Of a stretch of DNA of 64,000 bases, positions 19,529 to 28,885 are shown piece by piece; the stretch's first letter is position 1; each line of letters opens with the position of its first letter. A program made the translations under genes and the position numbers. The DNA is from Eubacteriales bacterium (GTDB lineage: Bacteria > Bacillota > Clostridia > Christensenellales > CAG-138): NCBI GenBank assembly GCA_028694155.1, contig JAQUTY010000002.1:160115-224114 (forward strand), written 5' to 3'. A model generated the notes under the pieces. It did not search any database. It saw only the letters and a program-made list of their open reading frames with translations, and had not been told where the DNA came from.

Positions 19529-20116
19529 GTGGAGGATACGAGCAAGCGACCCGACAGGAGGGTTATCAAGACCAAAAGGGCGATAAGGAATGCCTTTGCC
19601 GAATTGCTTTCCTTGAGGGATCTTGACCAGATAACCATAAAGGACGTTGCGGACATGGCGGACATCAGCCGCAAGACGTTCTATAATTACTATAATGGAA
19701 TCTATGAGGTCGTGGACGAGATTGAAAATGAGATTGCAGCGGTGTTTGACGCCGAGCTTGGCAGCTTGGACATTCGCAAGGCGATAAACGACCCCTATGT
19801 GATTTTTGTCAATCTCACGGCGATAATCAACAGCGACATGGATTTTTACAGGCATCTTCTCAAGATGAACGGCAACGTGAATCTAATGACAAAGATTGTT
19901 GGGGTGCTCAAGCTCAAAATCAAGACCTCGTTTGCCAATCAGATAGACCTTGAGGAGGAGAAAATTGGAATCATGGTGGAGTACATCATCACCGGAATGT
20001 TGGCGGTGTATCAGAGCTGGTTCAATTCGGACAGAAAACAGTCCATTGAGGAGATTGCAAAGCTGATTGGGACGCTGTGCTTTACGGGAATTGCAGGAGT
20101 AATCGGAGAAAACTGA
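19529..20116 (+). CDS. TetR/AcrR-family transcriptional regulator
   Basis: The HTH region is RRVIKTKRAIRNAFAELL...ITIKDVADMADISRKTFYNYY. The track ORF starts at a TTG (19439). I prefer the GTG at 19529 after AGAAAGG, because the 30 extra residues are atypical for this family. Confidence 0.75.
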   Translation: MEDTSKRPDRRVIKTKRAIRNAFAELLSLRDLDQITIKDVADMADISRKTFYNYYNGIYEVVDEIENEIAAVFDAELGSLDIRKAINDPYVIFVNLTAIINSDMDFYRHLLKMNGNVNLMTKIVGVLKLKIKTSFANQIDLEEEKIGIMVEYIITGMLAVYQSWFNSDRKQSIEEIAKLIGTLCFTGIAGVIGEN

Positions 20117-20170
20117 AAGAATGATTTTGCCGTGCGGTTGTAGCCGCCGCCTAATCTTAGGGAGATAGAT

Positions 20171-20860
20171 TTGAAAACAAAGAGAACATTTTACACAGAG
20201 CTTGCCTATGTATTGGGCGTGGTTGCGCTGACATTTGGAACGGCGTTCATGGAACGTGCCGACTTTGGAATGTCCATGGTCGTTGCGCCCTCGTATTTGA
20301 TATATCTCAAGGTGGCGGAGGTTCTGCCCTTCTTTACGTTTGGAATGGCGGAGTACACGCTGCAGGCGGTGCTGCTCGTTGCGCTGTGCCTGATTATGCG
20401 AAAGTTCAGACGCTCGTATCTGTTTGCGTTTGTGACCGCCGTGTTTTATGGGGTGACGCTGGACGGCGTAATGCTGCTGGTGGGGCTGCTTCCGGGCGGA
20501 ACGATAGCATATAGAATAGCATTCTATGTGTTGGGGCTTATTACCTGTGCCGTGGGCGTGTCGCTGCTGTTCCACACCTATATTTCGCCTGAGGCATATG
20601 AGCTGTTTGTCATGGAGCTGGCGGACAAGACCGGCAAGAGCGTACATAAGGTCAAGACCATATACGACTGTGTAAGCTGCGCTGTGGGCGTAGCCCTGTC
20701 GTTTGCGTTTTTCGGACCGTGGCACTTTGAGGGCGTAAAATGGGGTACGATACTCTGCGCTCTTATCAACGGATTTTTAATAGGAAGATGTACAAAAATC
20801 TTCGAGCATTTTTTCGAGTTTAGGGACGGGCTCCGCTGGCGCACCTTCTTTGAAAAGTAA
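20171..20860 (+). CDS. Polytopic membrane protein (YczE/YitT-like, function unknown)
   Basis: 229 aa with a TTG start after GGGAGA and six or more hydrophobic segments. It lies immediately downstream of the TetR gene. Confidence 0.55.
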   Translation: MKTKRTFYTELAYVLGVVALTFGTAFMERADFGMSMVVAPSYLIYLKVAEVLPFFTFGMAEYTLQAVLLVALCLIMRKFRRSYLFAFVTAVFYGVTLDGVMLLVGLLPGGTIAYRIAFYVLGLITCAVGVSLLFHTYISPEAYELFVMELADKTGKSVHKVKTIYDCVSCAVGVALSFAFFGPWHFEGVKWGTILCALINGFLIGRCTKIFEHFFEFRDGLRWRTFFEK

Positions 20861-20908
20861 GGCATAGCACCACAGAGCTTTTCAAATATTCATATAATAA
20901 TGAAACAA

Positions 20909-21931
20909 TCAGATGCTGTCTGTCGCTAGTGGGCATACGCTGTTGCGGCGAAGAAGGGTCACTGGCATGACAAGCTCTCGGCGTTCGATGGCTTGCTTGG
21001 ACTTCATTCGCTCGATAAGCATATTTGCGGCGCATACGCCCATCTCGGTTGTCGGACGGTCTATGACGGTTATGCTGGGCTGAAGCAGGGATGCGATGGG
21101 CTGATCGTCAAAGGACACCAGCGAGAAGTCGCGCCCAACGGTTAGCCCCAGCTCCTGTGCGGCTACAATCACACCCGAACAGATAAGGTTGTTGCCGGCA
21201 ATGACTGCGGTGGGTCTGTCCGAAAGCTCAAACAGCTTGAGCATCAGGCGATAGCCGTCCTCCTCATACAAATCTCCGCGCGCAATGTATGCCTCGTTGA
21301 CAGGCACATCATAGTCGAGCATCGCCTTACGAAAACCAGCCAAACGCTCACGACCGATGTTCAGACGCTCATCGCCCGTAATAATTGCAATTTTGCGATG
21401 CCCTGCCGTGAGCAATTCCTCCGTCAGCTTATACACGCCTCCAAAGTTGTCCACCAGCACCGTGTCGTATGCGCAGTGGGACATACAGCGGTCGACCAGA
21501 ACGATTGGCTTTTGAAAGGACTCGTACTGCGTTGCATCATTTCCTGTGGGAATGATTATTGCGCCATCTACGGCATAGTCAAGCTGCTTTAGAATGGAGG
21601 CAATCTCGGTATGCTCCTTGTCGCCGGTGGACGTGACCATGGTGGAATAGCCTGCATCTCGCAAGGCTCGTTCTGCGCCCTGAATCACTGAGCCAAAGAA
21701 CCCGTTGATAAAGTCGGGAACGACAATAAGAATCAGCTTTGTCTGACCCGTCACAAGGAAAACGGCAAAATTATTTTGCACGAACCCCAGCTCGTCAACA
21801 GCCTGAAGAACCTTTTCTCTTGTTTGGGGACTGACCTTGTCCAGATTGTTCATCACACGAGACACGGTGGAAACGGCGACACCCGCCCTCTTTGCTATAT
21901 CTTTAATCGTTATCGGTTTGTTATCGGCCAC
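20909..21931 (-). CDS. LacI-family transcriptional regulator (monocistronic, divergent from the operon at 22.3 kb)
   Basis: N-terminal HTH ITIKDIAKRAGVAVSTVSRVMNN and a periplasmic-binding-protein-like sugar-sensor domain. Confidence 0.88.
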   Translation of the reverse strand: MADNKPITIKDIAKRAGVAVSTVSRVMNNLDKVSPQTREKVLQAVDELGFVQNNFAVFLVTGQTKLILIVVPDFINGFFGSVIQGAERALRDAGYSTMVTSTGDKEHTEIASILKQLDYAVDGAIIIPTGNDATQYESFQKPIVLVDRCMSHCAYDTVLVDNFGGVYKLTEELLTAGHRKIAIITGDERLNIGRERLAGFRKAMLDYDVPVNEAYIARGDLYEEDGYRLMLKLFELSDRPTAVIAGNNLICSGVIVAAQELGLTVGRDFSLVSFDDQPIASLLQPSITVIDRPTTEMGVCAANMLIERMKSKQAIERRELVMPVTLLRRNSVCPLATDSI

Positions 21932-22141
21932 AGTTAGCTTCTTTCATATTTCATTCTATGTAATAAGTATACGCTACGGATTAACGCCTGTCAATCGACT
22001 GAACACCGATTTCTTCCATATTCTCCAAATTATTTCTGAACAAATGATGGGCAAAAGGTGGGTCAAAAAAGTCGCATTTACTAAATTTTCGCTGAATTAT
22101 AGGGAAAATTCAGAAAACTGCAAAAAAATGTAGAAAAATCG

Positions 22142-22209
22142 AAACGTTTTTATTGACAAACGAAATTCCACATGCTATATTCATAACATACAAAAGGAAA
22201 AACGTTTTT
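22142..22209 (+). promoter_or_regulatory. Consensus-like promoter bracketed by two AAACGTTT-core palindromes (candidate LacI-family operators)
   Basis: TTGACA (22153-22158), 17-nt spacer, TATATT (22176-22181). Palindrome AAACGTTT lies at 22142-22149 and AAAAACGTTTTT at 22198-22209. A central CG flanked by A/T arms is the usual LacI/CcpA operator design. Confidence 0.6.
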
Positions 22210-22318
22210 ATGCAATAATTATGCAGCGGAGCAATCCGCTTGCAGACATCACAGGACGCCGTGCCAAGCGAAGGTGCGGCAAAAAAAATTATTAGTAAAG
22301 CGTTTTATCAGGAGGGGT

Positions 22319-23353
22319 ATGATGCGAGCGACGATCAAGGACGTAGCCAAGCGGGCGAACTGCTCGATCACCGCAGTCTCCTTTGCCTTCAATGGGAAGG
22401 CGGACAAGATTTCCGAGGAGACGCTGCATCACATTCAAACGGCGGCAAAGGATTTGGACTATCGACCAAACAAGCTGGCGGCAGGGCTTGCAACGGGGCA
22501 ATCACGCACGATTGGGTTAATTATTCCCGATAATCGGAATCCGTTCTTTGGGACGATTCTAAACTATGTGGAGGATTACGCCGACAAAGCAGGATTTCGG
22601 GTCATTTCGGGAAATACGGGAGACTGCATTGCAAAAGACTTGGAATACATTGACGCATTGCTCAGCTATTGCACGGCAGGATTGGTGATTGTTCGGTCAA
22701 ATTCGGGGTCGTCGGAGGAGCAGGAACGATTACTAAACAGGATTAGGCACCTGTCAATCCCCACCGTTGCAATCGACCGCAGGATTGTGGGAAGCGACAT
22801 ACCCACCTTTGTGGTGGACAATCGCTTGGGAGGGTATCTGGCGACAGAACACCTTTTGAAACTGGGTCATCGGCGCATTGGATGCTATTCGGGGCCACTG
22901 TATGCGCTAAGCGCACAGATGCGGCTGGAGGGGTACAAAAACGCCTTGGAGGAATACGGAGTTCCTTTTTGTGAGGAGCTGGTGTTCGAGGGCAACTATC
23001 AGATTTCATCGGACGATGCACCGAGTCGCTTCTTTTTTGAACGTGGGGTAACGGCGGTATTTGCACACAACGATATGCAGGCATACGGTTTGTACAGATA
23101 CGCACAGGCATATGGGCAGAGAATTCCCCAAAACCTTTCGATAGTGGGCTTTGACGATTTGGATTTCAGCACGATTCTTACACCCACGCTAACGAGCATT
23201 CGTTATCCGCTGGAGACACTCACAAAAGATGCGGTACAGCATTTAATTAACCTTATTGGCAACGGCGGTAAAGAGGGAAACGCCACGGAGCATTACACAA
23301 AGTACGCACCCGAGCTGGTTGTTCGTCAAAGCGTGCAGAGGCTGAACGGATAA
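22319..23353 (+). CDS. LacI-family transcriptional regulator, first gene of the ten-gene operon
   Basis: HTH ATIKDVAKRANCSITAVSFAFNG. The start at 22319 (MMRATIKD) follows AGGAGGGG. The track ORF starts at 22274. Confidence 0.85.
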   Translation: MMRATIKDVAKRANCSITAVSFAFNGKADKISEETLHHIQTAAKDLDYRPNKLAAGLATGQSRTIGLIIPDNRNPFFGTILNYVEDYADKAGFRVISGNTGDCIAKDLEYIDALLSYCTAGLVIVRSNSGSSEEQERLLNRIRHLSIPTVAIDRRIVGSDIPTFVVDNRLGGYLATEHLLKLGHRRIGCYSGPLYALSAQMRLEGYKNALEEYGVPFCEELVFEGNYQISSDDAPSRFFFERGVTAVFAHNDMQAYGLYRYAQAYGQRIPQNLSIVGFDDLDFSTILTPTLTSIRYPLETLTKDAVQHLINLIGNGGKEGNATEHYTKYAPELVVRQSVQRLNG

Positions 23354-23428
23354 AAAAGCCTCATTGATTTCGGTGTTACATGTGGGAGAGCATGTGCATA
23401 AATAACACAACACAAAGGAGAAGAAACA

Positions 23429-24253
23429 ATGAAAAAAGTCTTAGCAACTATTATGGCACTCGCACTTATGGTTGCCTGTCTGGCAGGCTGCGCAGGCGGA
23501 AACACTGCAACAACGGCAACGGAAGCTGTCAACTCTTATGACAGAATCCAAAAGAACGGATACATGACCGTTGGTATCGATCCTACAATCGAGAACATCA
23601 TCTTCACCGAGGCGGGAGAAACAGAGCCCACCGGCTTTATCCCTGACATCGTTCGCGGATTTGCAGAGCAGTTGGGCGTTGAAGTACGCTGGGAAATTCT
23701 GGAGTGGTCCGCCATGCTGACCGCTGTCAATACCGGCAAGGTTGACTTCATTGCAGCAAACATGAACATGCGTCTTGACCGTGAAGCCGCCATCGACTTC
23801 TCTGATCCGTGGCTGGTCGACTCGGCAATGTGGTGCGTTGCAAAGGATTCCAAGTATCAGACTGTTGAAGACCTCCAAGAGCCCGGCACAAAGTTTGGTA
23901 TCGCTTCCGGTTCGGTCTACGAAGCATTGATTGCGGAGCAGTTCCCGAATGCACAGATCGTCGTTTTGCCGTTGGGCACATGGCAGGAGTCATTGGCATC
24001 AGGCGTCATTGATGTATCCATGGATGACAGCATCGTGTTTGCAGGCCCCATGACAGAGAACGAGAACCTGCGCCTCTTGGCGGATCGTGGCGAGTCCTAC
24101 CTGTACGGCTTTGCATTTGCAAGTGGCGACAAGACCGTCGAAGTATTCAATCTGTATCTGACAAAGCTCAAGGCATTCGGAACCTATGCACAGCTGTTTA
24201 AGACATGGATGGGCTTTGACTGGGCACCCATCACCGCAGGCGTTGCTTATTAA
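23429..24253 (+). CDS. Polar-amino-acid-type ABC transporter substrate-binding lipoprotein (SBP family 3)
   Basis: Lipobox LAGCAGG. GKVDFIAANMNMRLDREAAIDFSDPW matches the family-3 pattern GKxDxxxxxMxxTxERxxxxDFSxPY. Confidence 0.85.
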   Translation: MKKVLATIMALALMVACLAGCAGGNTATTATEAVNSYDRIQKNGYMTVGIDPTIENIIFTEAGETEPTGFIPDIVRGFAEQLGVEVRWEILEWSAMLTAVNTGKVDFIAANMNMRLDREAAIDFSDPWLVDSAMWCVAKDSKYQTVEDLQEPGTKFGIASGSVYEALIAEQFPNAQIVVLPLGTWQESLASGVIDVSMDDSIVFAGPMTENENLRLLADRGESYLYGFAFASGDKTVEVFNLYLTKLKAFGTYAQLFKTWMGFDWAPITAGVAY

Positions 24254-24272
24254 TTAAGCATTAAGGCATCAA

Positions 24273-24312
24273 GAGGGACGATTAGCGTCCACATGGATTG
24301 CAATCGTCCCTC
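24273..24312 (+). promoter_or_regulatory. Intra-operon stem-loop after the binding-protein gene
   Basis: GAGGGACGATT (24273-24283) and AATCGTCCCTC (24302-24312) form a perfect 11-bp stem with an 18-nt loop. No clear U-tract follows. This would fit an mRNA stabiliser or partial attenuator giving excess binding protein. Confidence 0.5.
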
Positions 24313-24391
24313 GCAATTTGAAGTACTTGCACAGATACGGCGCGTGAGTCCATGCGTCTGAGAATCCTTTTAGAACAAGGAGCGTAAAAGA

Positions 24392-25084
24392 ATGAATTTC
24401 GGAGTCATAATCAAGTATTGGCCAAGACTCTGGAGCGGCTTGCAGCTTACCTTGCTGTACTCTGCTATTGCGATTGTACTTGCAATAGTATGGGGCGTTC
24501 TGATCGGGGCGATCAGTTATCGCAAACCGCCGGTAATCGGTCAAATCACAAGAGCATATGTGTGCTTCTTTAGGGAAACACCCCTGCTCGTCCAGCTATA
24601 CTTTCTATTTTATGGAGTCTCTCGCTATATATCCGTACCGGCAGGTTTTATCGGAGTATTGGCATTGGTTCTCAACGATGGCGCGTTCATTGCTGAGATT
24701 GTGCGCGGAGGTCTGCAGAGCCTAGACCCCGGGCAAAGAGAGGCGGCCCTTTCATTGGGCTTTAATGAGTTTCAAACCATGATCTACTTCCTTATACCGC
24801 AGGCATGGAAGAAGGTTTTGGACTCCTTGATAAACATGATGTCAATCATCATCAAGGACACTTCGATGCTGATGTGGATTACAATTTGTGAATTGAACTA
24901 TCAGTGTAACCAAGTCAACATTTACAGCTTCGATCCAATCAGCGCATACATGTTTGGCGCAGCAGTTTACCTTGCGCTGTTCCTCATAGTGCAGGGAGTG
25001 CGCAGACTTATCAAGGTGCGCAGCAATCGGATCGACAAGCGCCTTAATATGAAAACTAATAAGGAGGAGGTGCTAAACGTATGA
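24392..25084 (+). CDS. Amino acid ABC transporter permease (HisM/GlnP type)
   Basis: Polytopic, with the EAA loop REAALSLGFNEFQTMIYFLIPQA. Confidence 0.85.
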   Translation: MNFGVIIKYWPRLWSGLQLTLLYSAIAIVLAIVWGVLIGAISYRKPPVIGQITRAYVCFFRETPLLVQLYFLFYGVSRYISVPAGFIGVLALVLNDGAFIAEIVRGGLQSLDPGQREAALSLGFNEFQTMIYFLIPQAWKKVLDSLINMMSIIIKDTSMLMWITICELNYQCNQVNIYSFDPISAYMFGAAVYLALFLIVQGVRRLIKVRSNRIDKRLNMKTNKEEVLNV

Positions 25085-25731
25085 CGTGGGAAGAACGTTT
25101 CTTAGTTCTAAAGACGATGTTTGTACAGGGAATGCCAATGACGCTTAAACTCATTGGAGCATCACTCCTATTTGCCTTATTGATAGGCATTGTCCTAGGC
25201 ACTGTCCGCAGCATGAAAATCCCCGTGGTAGACCAGATATTGGGCGCATACGCCCTAATCTGTCGTGGCATACCCACCATCATTATCCTGCTGTTCTTCT
25301 ACGCCTACTTCACCCGTGGAACACAGTTTTGGATATCCGTACTCGCCATCTCGATGGTGGAGGGTGCGTACATGATGGAGATTGTAAAGGGCGGATATTT
25401 GTCAGTTGACAAGGGACAATGGGAGGCGGCAGATTCGGTGGGGCTTCCACGCCTGTACACGATTACTCGCATTGTGCTTCCTCAGGTCATGCTGGTCATT
25501 GTGCCTGCTTTGATGGGACAGATTGTCATGCTGGTCAAGGGCACTTGCGTTGCGGCAACAATCGGCTGCATGGACGTATTGCGCAGGGCGCAGCTCCTGT
25601 TGCCTAAATATTCGTATCCGCTTGAGATATACGCATACATTCTGGTCATCTTCTTTGTAATGTGCCATTTCCTTACTTGGCTTGGAAAGAAGCTCGAGCG
25701 AACTGTAGTCAAAAGAATTATTGGAGATTGA
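25081..25731 (+). CDS. Amino acid ABC transporter permease (second subunit)
   Basis: Polytopic, with the EAA loop WEAADSVGLPRLYTITRIVLPQV. It overlaps the previous gene by 4 nt. Confidence 0.85.
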   Translation: MTWEERFLVLKTMFVQGMPMTLKLIGASLLFALLIGIVLGTVRSMKIPVVDQILGAYALICRGIPTIIILLFFYAYFTRGTQFWISVLAISMVEGAYMMEIVKGGYLSVDKGQWEAADSVGLPRLYTITRIVLPQVMLVIVPALMGQIVMLVKGTCVAATIGCMDVLRRAQLLLPKYSYPLEIYAYILVIFFVMCHFLTWLGKKLERTVVKRIIGD

Positions 25732-25734
25732 GTT

Positions 25735-26481
25735 ATGGAAAATAATGACAGAGAAATTGTCGTTTCCTTGCAAAATGTTGTAAAAAAGTTCGGACACCTT
25801 ACGGTGCTTGACGACATGAGCTTGGATGTGTACGAGCATGAAACGGTGGTTCTGTGCGGCCCGTCAGGCGGCGGCAAGAGCACTCTTTTGAGAACCATCA
25901 ACGGGTTGGAGCGCATTAACAGCGGAAAGATTATCTACCGTGGCACCGAGGTGACACACAGAAACATTCACTCCATTCGCAAGCACATTGGCATGGTGTT
26001 TCAGTCGTTCAACCTTTTCAGCAATCTGTCGGTAAAAGACAATCTGCTGATTGCGCCCTGCAAAACTTTGGGCAAGGACAAAAAAGAGATGCTCAAAAAG
26101 GCGAGCGATTACCTTGAGCTGTTTGGAGTGGCGGACAAGATGGACGCCTATCCTCATCAGCTTTCGGGCGGACAGAAGCAAAGAATTGCCATCGTGCGTT
26201 CTTTGATGATGGAGCCGGATTTAATGCTCTTTGACGAGCCAACCTCTGCGCTCGACCCCGAAATGATAAAGGAAGTACTGGATGCCATTCGCAGACTGTC
26301 CCAGCAGGGCATGACGATGATTATCGTCACCCACGAGATGGGGTTTGCCCGAGAGGTTGCTTCCCGAATCTGCTTCCTCGAAAGTGCCAAGATTCGTGTC
26401 GATACAGATACAAAGAGCTTCTTTGGCGACACGCAGGACGAGAGATTGCAACAGTTCTTATCGGTGATTTTGCACCACTGA
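25735..26481 (+). CDS. Amino acid ABC transporter ATP-binding protein (GlnQ type)
   Basis: Walker A GPSGGGKST, signature LSGGQKQR and Walker B LMLFDEPTSALD. Confidence 0.9.
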   Translation: MENNDREIVVSLQNVVKKFGHLTVLDDMSLDVYEHETVVLCGPSGGGKSTLLRTINGLERINSGKIIYRGTEVTHRNIHSIRKHIGMVFQSFNLFSNLSVKDNLLIAPCKTLGKDKKEMLKKASDYLELFGVADKMDAYPHQLSGGQKQRIAIVRSLMMEPDLMLFDEPTSALDPEMIKEVLDAIRRLSQQGMTMIIVTHEMGFAREVASRICFLESAKIRVDTDTKSFFGDTQDERLQQFLSVILHH

Positions 26482-26497
26482 GAAAGGCAAGAACGAC

Positions 26498-27649
26498 ATG
26501 CTTAACGAGCAATTAAGAACGGCATGGATCGAGATTGACAAGGAGCGTCTAAACGGCAATATTGCTGCGGTCAAACAGCGTGTGGGCAGCAGCAAGATTA
26601 TCGGAGTAGTTAAGGCAAACGCCTATGGACACGGTGCCGTAGGCGTTGCCACAGCGTACTTGGACGCAGGAGTCGATATTCTGGCGGTGGCTACTCTGTC
26701 CGAAGCGGAGCAGCTGCGTCAAGCAGGAATACGCTGCCGCATAGTGATGATGGGACTGGTTCCCGACGAGCTTGCTCAGGCTGCTGCAAGGATTGATGTA
26801 ATTCCTCTGATTTCGACCCTATCCTGTGCCGAAGCCTTTTCCAAAATCGGAGTGGAACAGAAGCGAGTAATTGAGCTGATGATTACGGTGGACACGGGCA
26901 TGGGACGCATCGGATTTCTTCCCAATGAAGAAGCGGTGGACGAAGTGGCGAAGATTGCCAAACTGCCAAATGTGTGCTTGTATGGCTTGATGACACACTT
27001 TTCATCGGCAGATATGGAAGATTTGGCGTATACCTACTACCAGAAGGAACGGTTCGACACATTCTACGGAATGTTGAAGGCACGAGGAATAAACATTCCG
27101 CTTAGGACGGCCGCCAACAGTCCGACCGTATTTCGACTGCCGGACGCCTTTTACGAGGCGGTGCGCCCCGGAACAATTATTTGGGGCTGCTATCCTGCCT
27201 GCGTTAAAGACCATGACACGGTTAAGGTCAAGCCGATAATGTCGGTCAAATGCAAGGTGATTTACGTCAAGACCGTTCCGCAGGGGACTGCAATCAGCTA
27301 CGGCCGCAAATTTGTGACCGAGCGTGAAAGCGTCATTGCAACATTGCCGTTGGGCTATGCGGACGGCTACACCAGAACGCTGCTCAATAAGAGCCGTGTA
27401 CTTATCCACGGAGAGTATGCTCCTGTTCTTGGCACAATCTGCATGGATCAGATAATGGTGGACGTGACGGATATTCCAAATGTGGGTATCGGTGACGAAG
27501 CCGTAATTTTAGGCAGACAGGGCGCGCGAGAGATACCCGTTGAGGAGCTGGAAAGGGCGTCTGGGCTATGTTCGGGAGAGCTGTTTTTCGGCTTTTCCTG
27601 CCGACTGCCGATTAGATTTGTAACCAATAAAGAGAATGATTTGCTCTAA
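26498..27649 (+). CDS. alr: Alanine racemase-family PLP enzyme embedded in the operon
   Basis: The PLP-lysine motif VVKANAYGHGA is present. LPLGYADGY and GTICMDQIMVD match the Alr family. Confidence 0.85.
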   Translation: MLNEQLRTAWIEIDKERLNGNIAAVKQRVGSSKIIGVVKANAYGHGAVGVATAYLDAGVDILAVATLSEAEQLRQAGIRCRIVMMGLVPDELAQAAARIDVIPLISTLSCAEAFSKIGVEQKRVIELMITVDTGMGRIGFLPNEEAVDEVAKIAKLPNVCLYGLMTHFSSADMEDLAYTYYQKERFDTFYGMLKARGINIPLRTAANSPTVFRLPDAFYEAVRPGTIIWGCYPACVKDHDTVKVKPIMSVKCKVIYVKTVPQGTAISYGRKFVTERESVIATLPLGYADGYTRTLLNKSRVLIHGEYAPVLGTICMDQIMVDVTDIPNVGIGDEAVILGRQGAREIPVEELERASGLCSGELFFGFSCRLPIRFVTNKENDLL

Positions 27650-27673
27650 GAGCAATAAATATAAGGAGGATTT

Positions 27674-28870
27674 ATGAAAAAGCGTATATCAAGGGCAGGG
27701 TCCTGTCTGGAACGTTCATCTATTCGACTGTTTTTTGAAAAGCAGTGCCGCATCGCCGCAACCTGTGACGATGTCATCTCTTTCACCATTGGAGAACCCG
27801 ATTTCATCACACCGCCAAACATTCGTCAGGCGTGCATTGATGCAATCAACGCCGGCAAGACCAAGTATGCACCCAATGCAGGATTGACCGAGCTGAAGCA
27901 AGCCGTCTCCCGTTCGGTGAAAAAGATATACGGACGTGATTACGATGCCGAGACCGAGATTGTAATTACCAACAGCGGCATGGACTCCTTGCGCTTGACC
28001 TTTGCAGCCATTTTGGACGAGGGCGATGAGGTTTTGATGGGCGACCCTGCTTGGGCAAACCACCCCAACCACCCCGTTTTGGCAGGTGGTGTGTCGGTGC
28101 GTGTACCTCTGTATGAGGAGAACAACTTCACCTATCGCATTGAGGATTTGGAAAAGGCACTCACACCTCGCACAAAGGCAATTCTGCTCAACTACCCCAA
28201 CAATCCCACCGGTGCAGTATTGCGCTATGAGGATTTGGTGAAAATCTGCGATTTTGCAAAGGAGCATGACCTGTACGTTATTTCCGATGACGCATATTAC
28301 CGCATCATCTTTGACAATGAGAAGTATTGGAGCCCCGTCATGCTGGAGGGCATGAAGGAGCGCACCCTGATTTTACAGACATTCTCAAAGACCTATGCCA
28401 TGACCGGTTGGCGTTTGGGCTATATTGCCGGCCCGGCAGACCTGATTGAAGCCATTGGCAAGATTAACGAGAACTCCTGCTCCTGCGTAAATACCATGGT
28501 GCAGTGGGCAGGCATTGAAGCTCTTGAGGGCAAGGACACCCCTGCCGAGGTGGAGGCAATGGTAAGGGAGTTTCAGCACCGCAGGGATATAGTGTTCGAT
28601 ATGATTAACAAGATTCCGGGGCTGTCCTGTGCAAAGCCGCGCGGAGCGTTCTATGCGTTTATCAATATCAAAGAGACTGGCATTAAGTCCGCTGATTTCT
28701 CCAATCATCTGCTTGAAAAATACCATGTGGGAATGACCCCCGGGACAGGCTTTGGCGCAAGCGGCGAGGGCTATGTGCGCATGTCGTACGCTACCTCCAC
28801 CGACAAGATAATCGAGGGAATAAACCGCATTGCCGCCTTCGTAAAAGAAGAAACAAAGAACAACGACTGA
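27674..28870 (+). CDS. Class I/II pyridoxal-phosphate aminotransferase (AspC-like)
   Basis: FTIGEPDF, the Y-A-P-N-A-G context and the PLP-lysine motif SFSKTYAMTGWRLGY are present. Confidence 0.85.
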   Translation: MKKRISRAGSCLERSSIRLFFEKQCRIAATCDDVISFTIGEPDFITPPNIRQACIDAINAGKTKYAPNAGLTELKQAVSRSVKKIYGRDYDAETEIVITNSGMDSLRLTFAAILDEGDEVLMGDPAWANHPNHPVLAGGVSVRVPLYEENNFTYRIEDLEKALTPRTKAILLNYPNNPTGAVLRYEDLVKICDFAKEHDLYVISDDAYYRIIFDNEKYWSPVMLEGMKERTLILQTFSKTYAMTGWRLGYIAGPADLIEAIGKINENSCSCVNTMVQWAGIEALEGKDTPAEVEAMVREFQHRRDIVFDMINKIPGLSCAKPRGAFYAFINIKETGIKSADFSNHLLEKYHVGMTPGTGFGASGEGYVRMSYATSTDKIIEGINRIAAFVKEETKNND

Positions 28871-28885
28871 CAAAAGGAGAAAGCC

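Noticed and set aside
19883-20725. A 280-aa minus-strand ORF opposite the TetR 3' end and the membrane-protein gene.
   Set aside because: Its composition is extremely rich in His, Arg and Gln, which is typical of an antisense frame. The plus-strand genes have coherent HTH and TM features.
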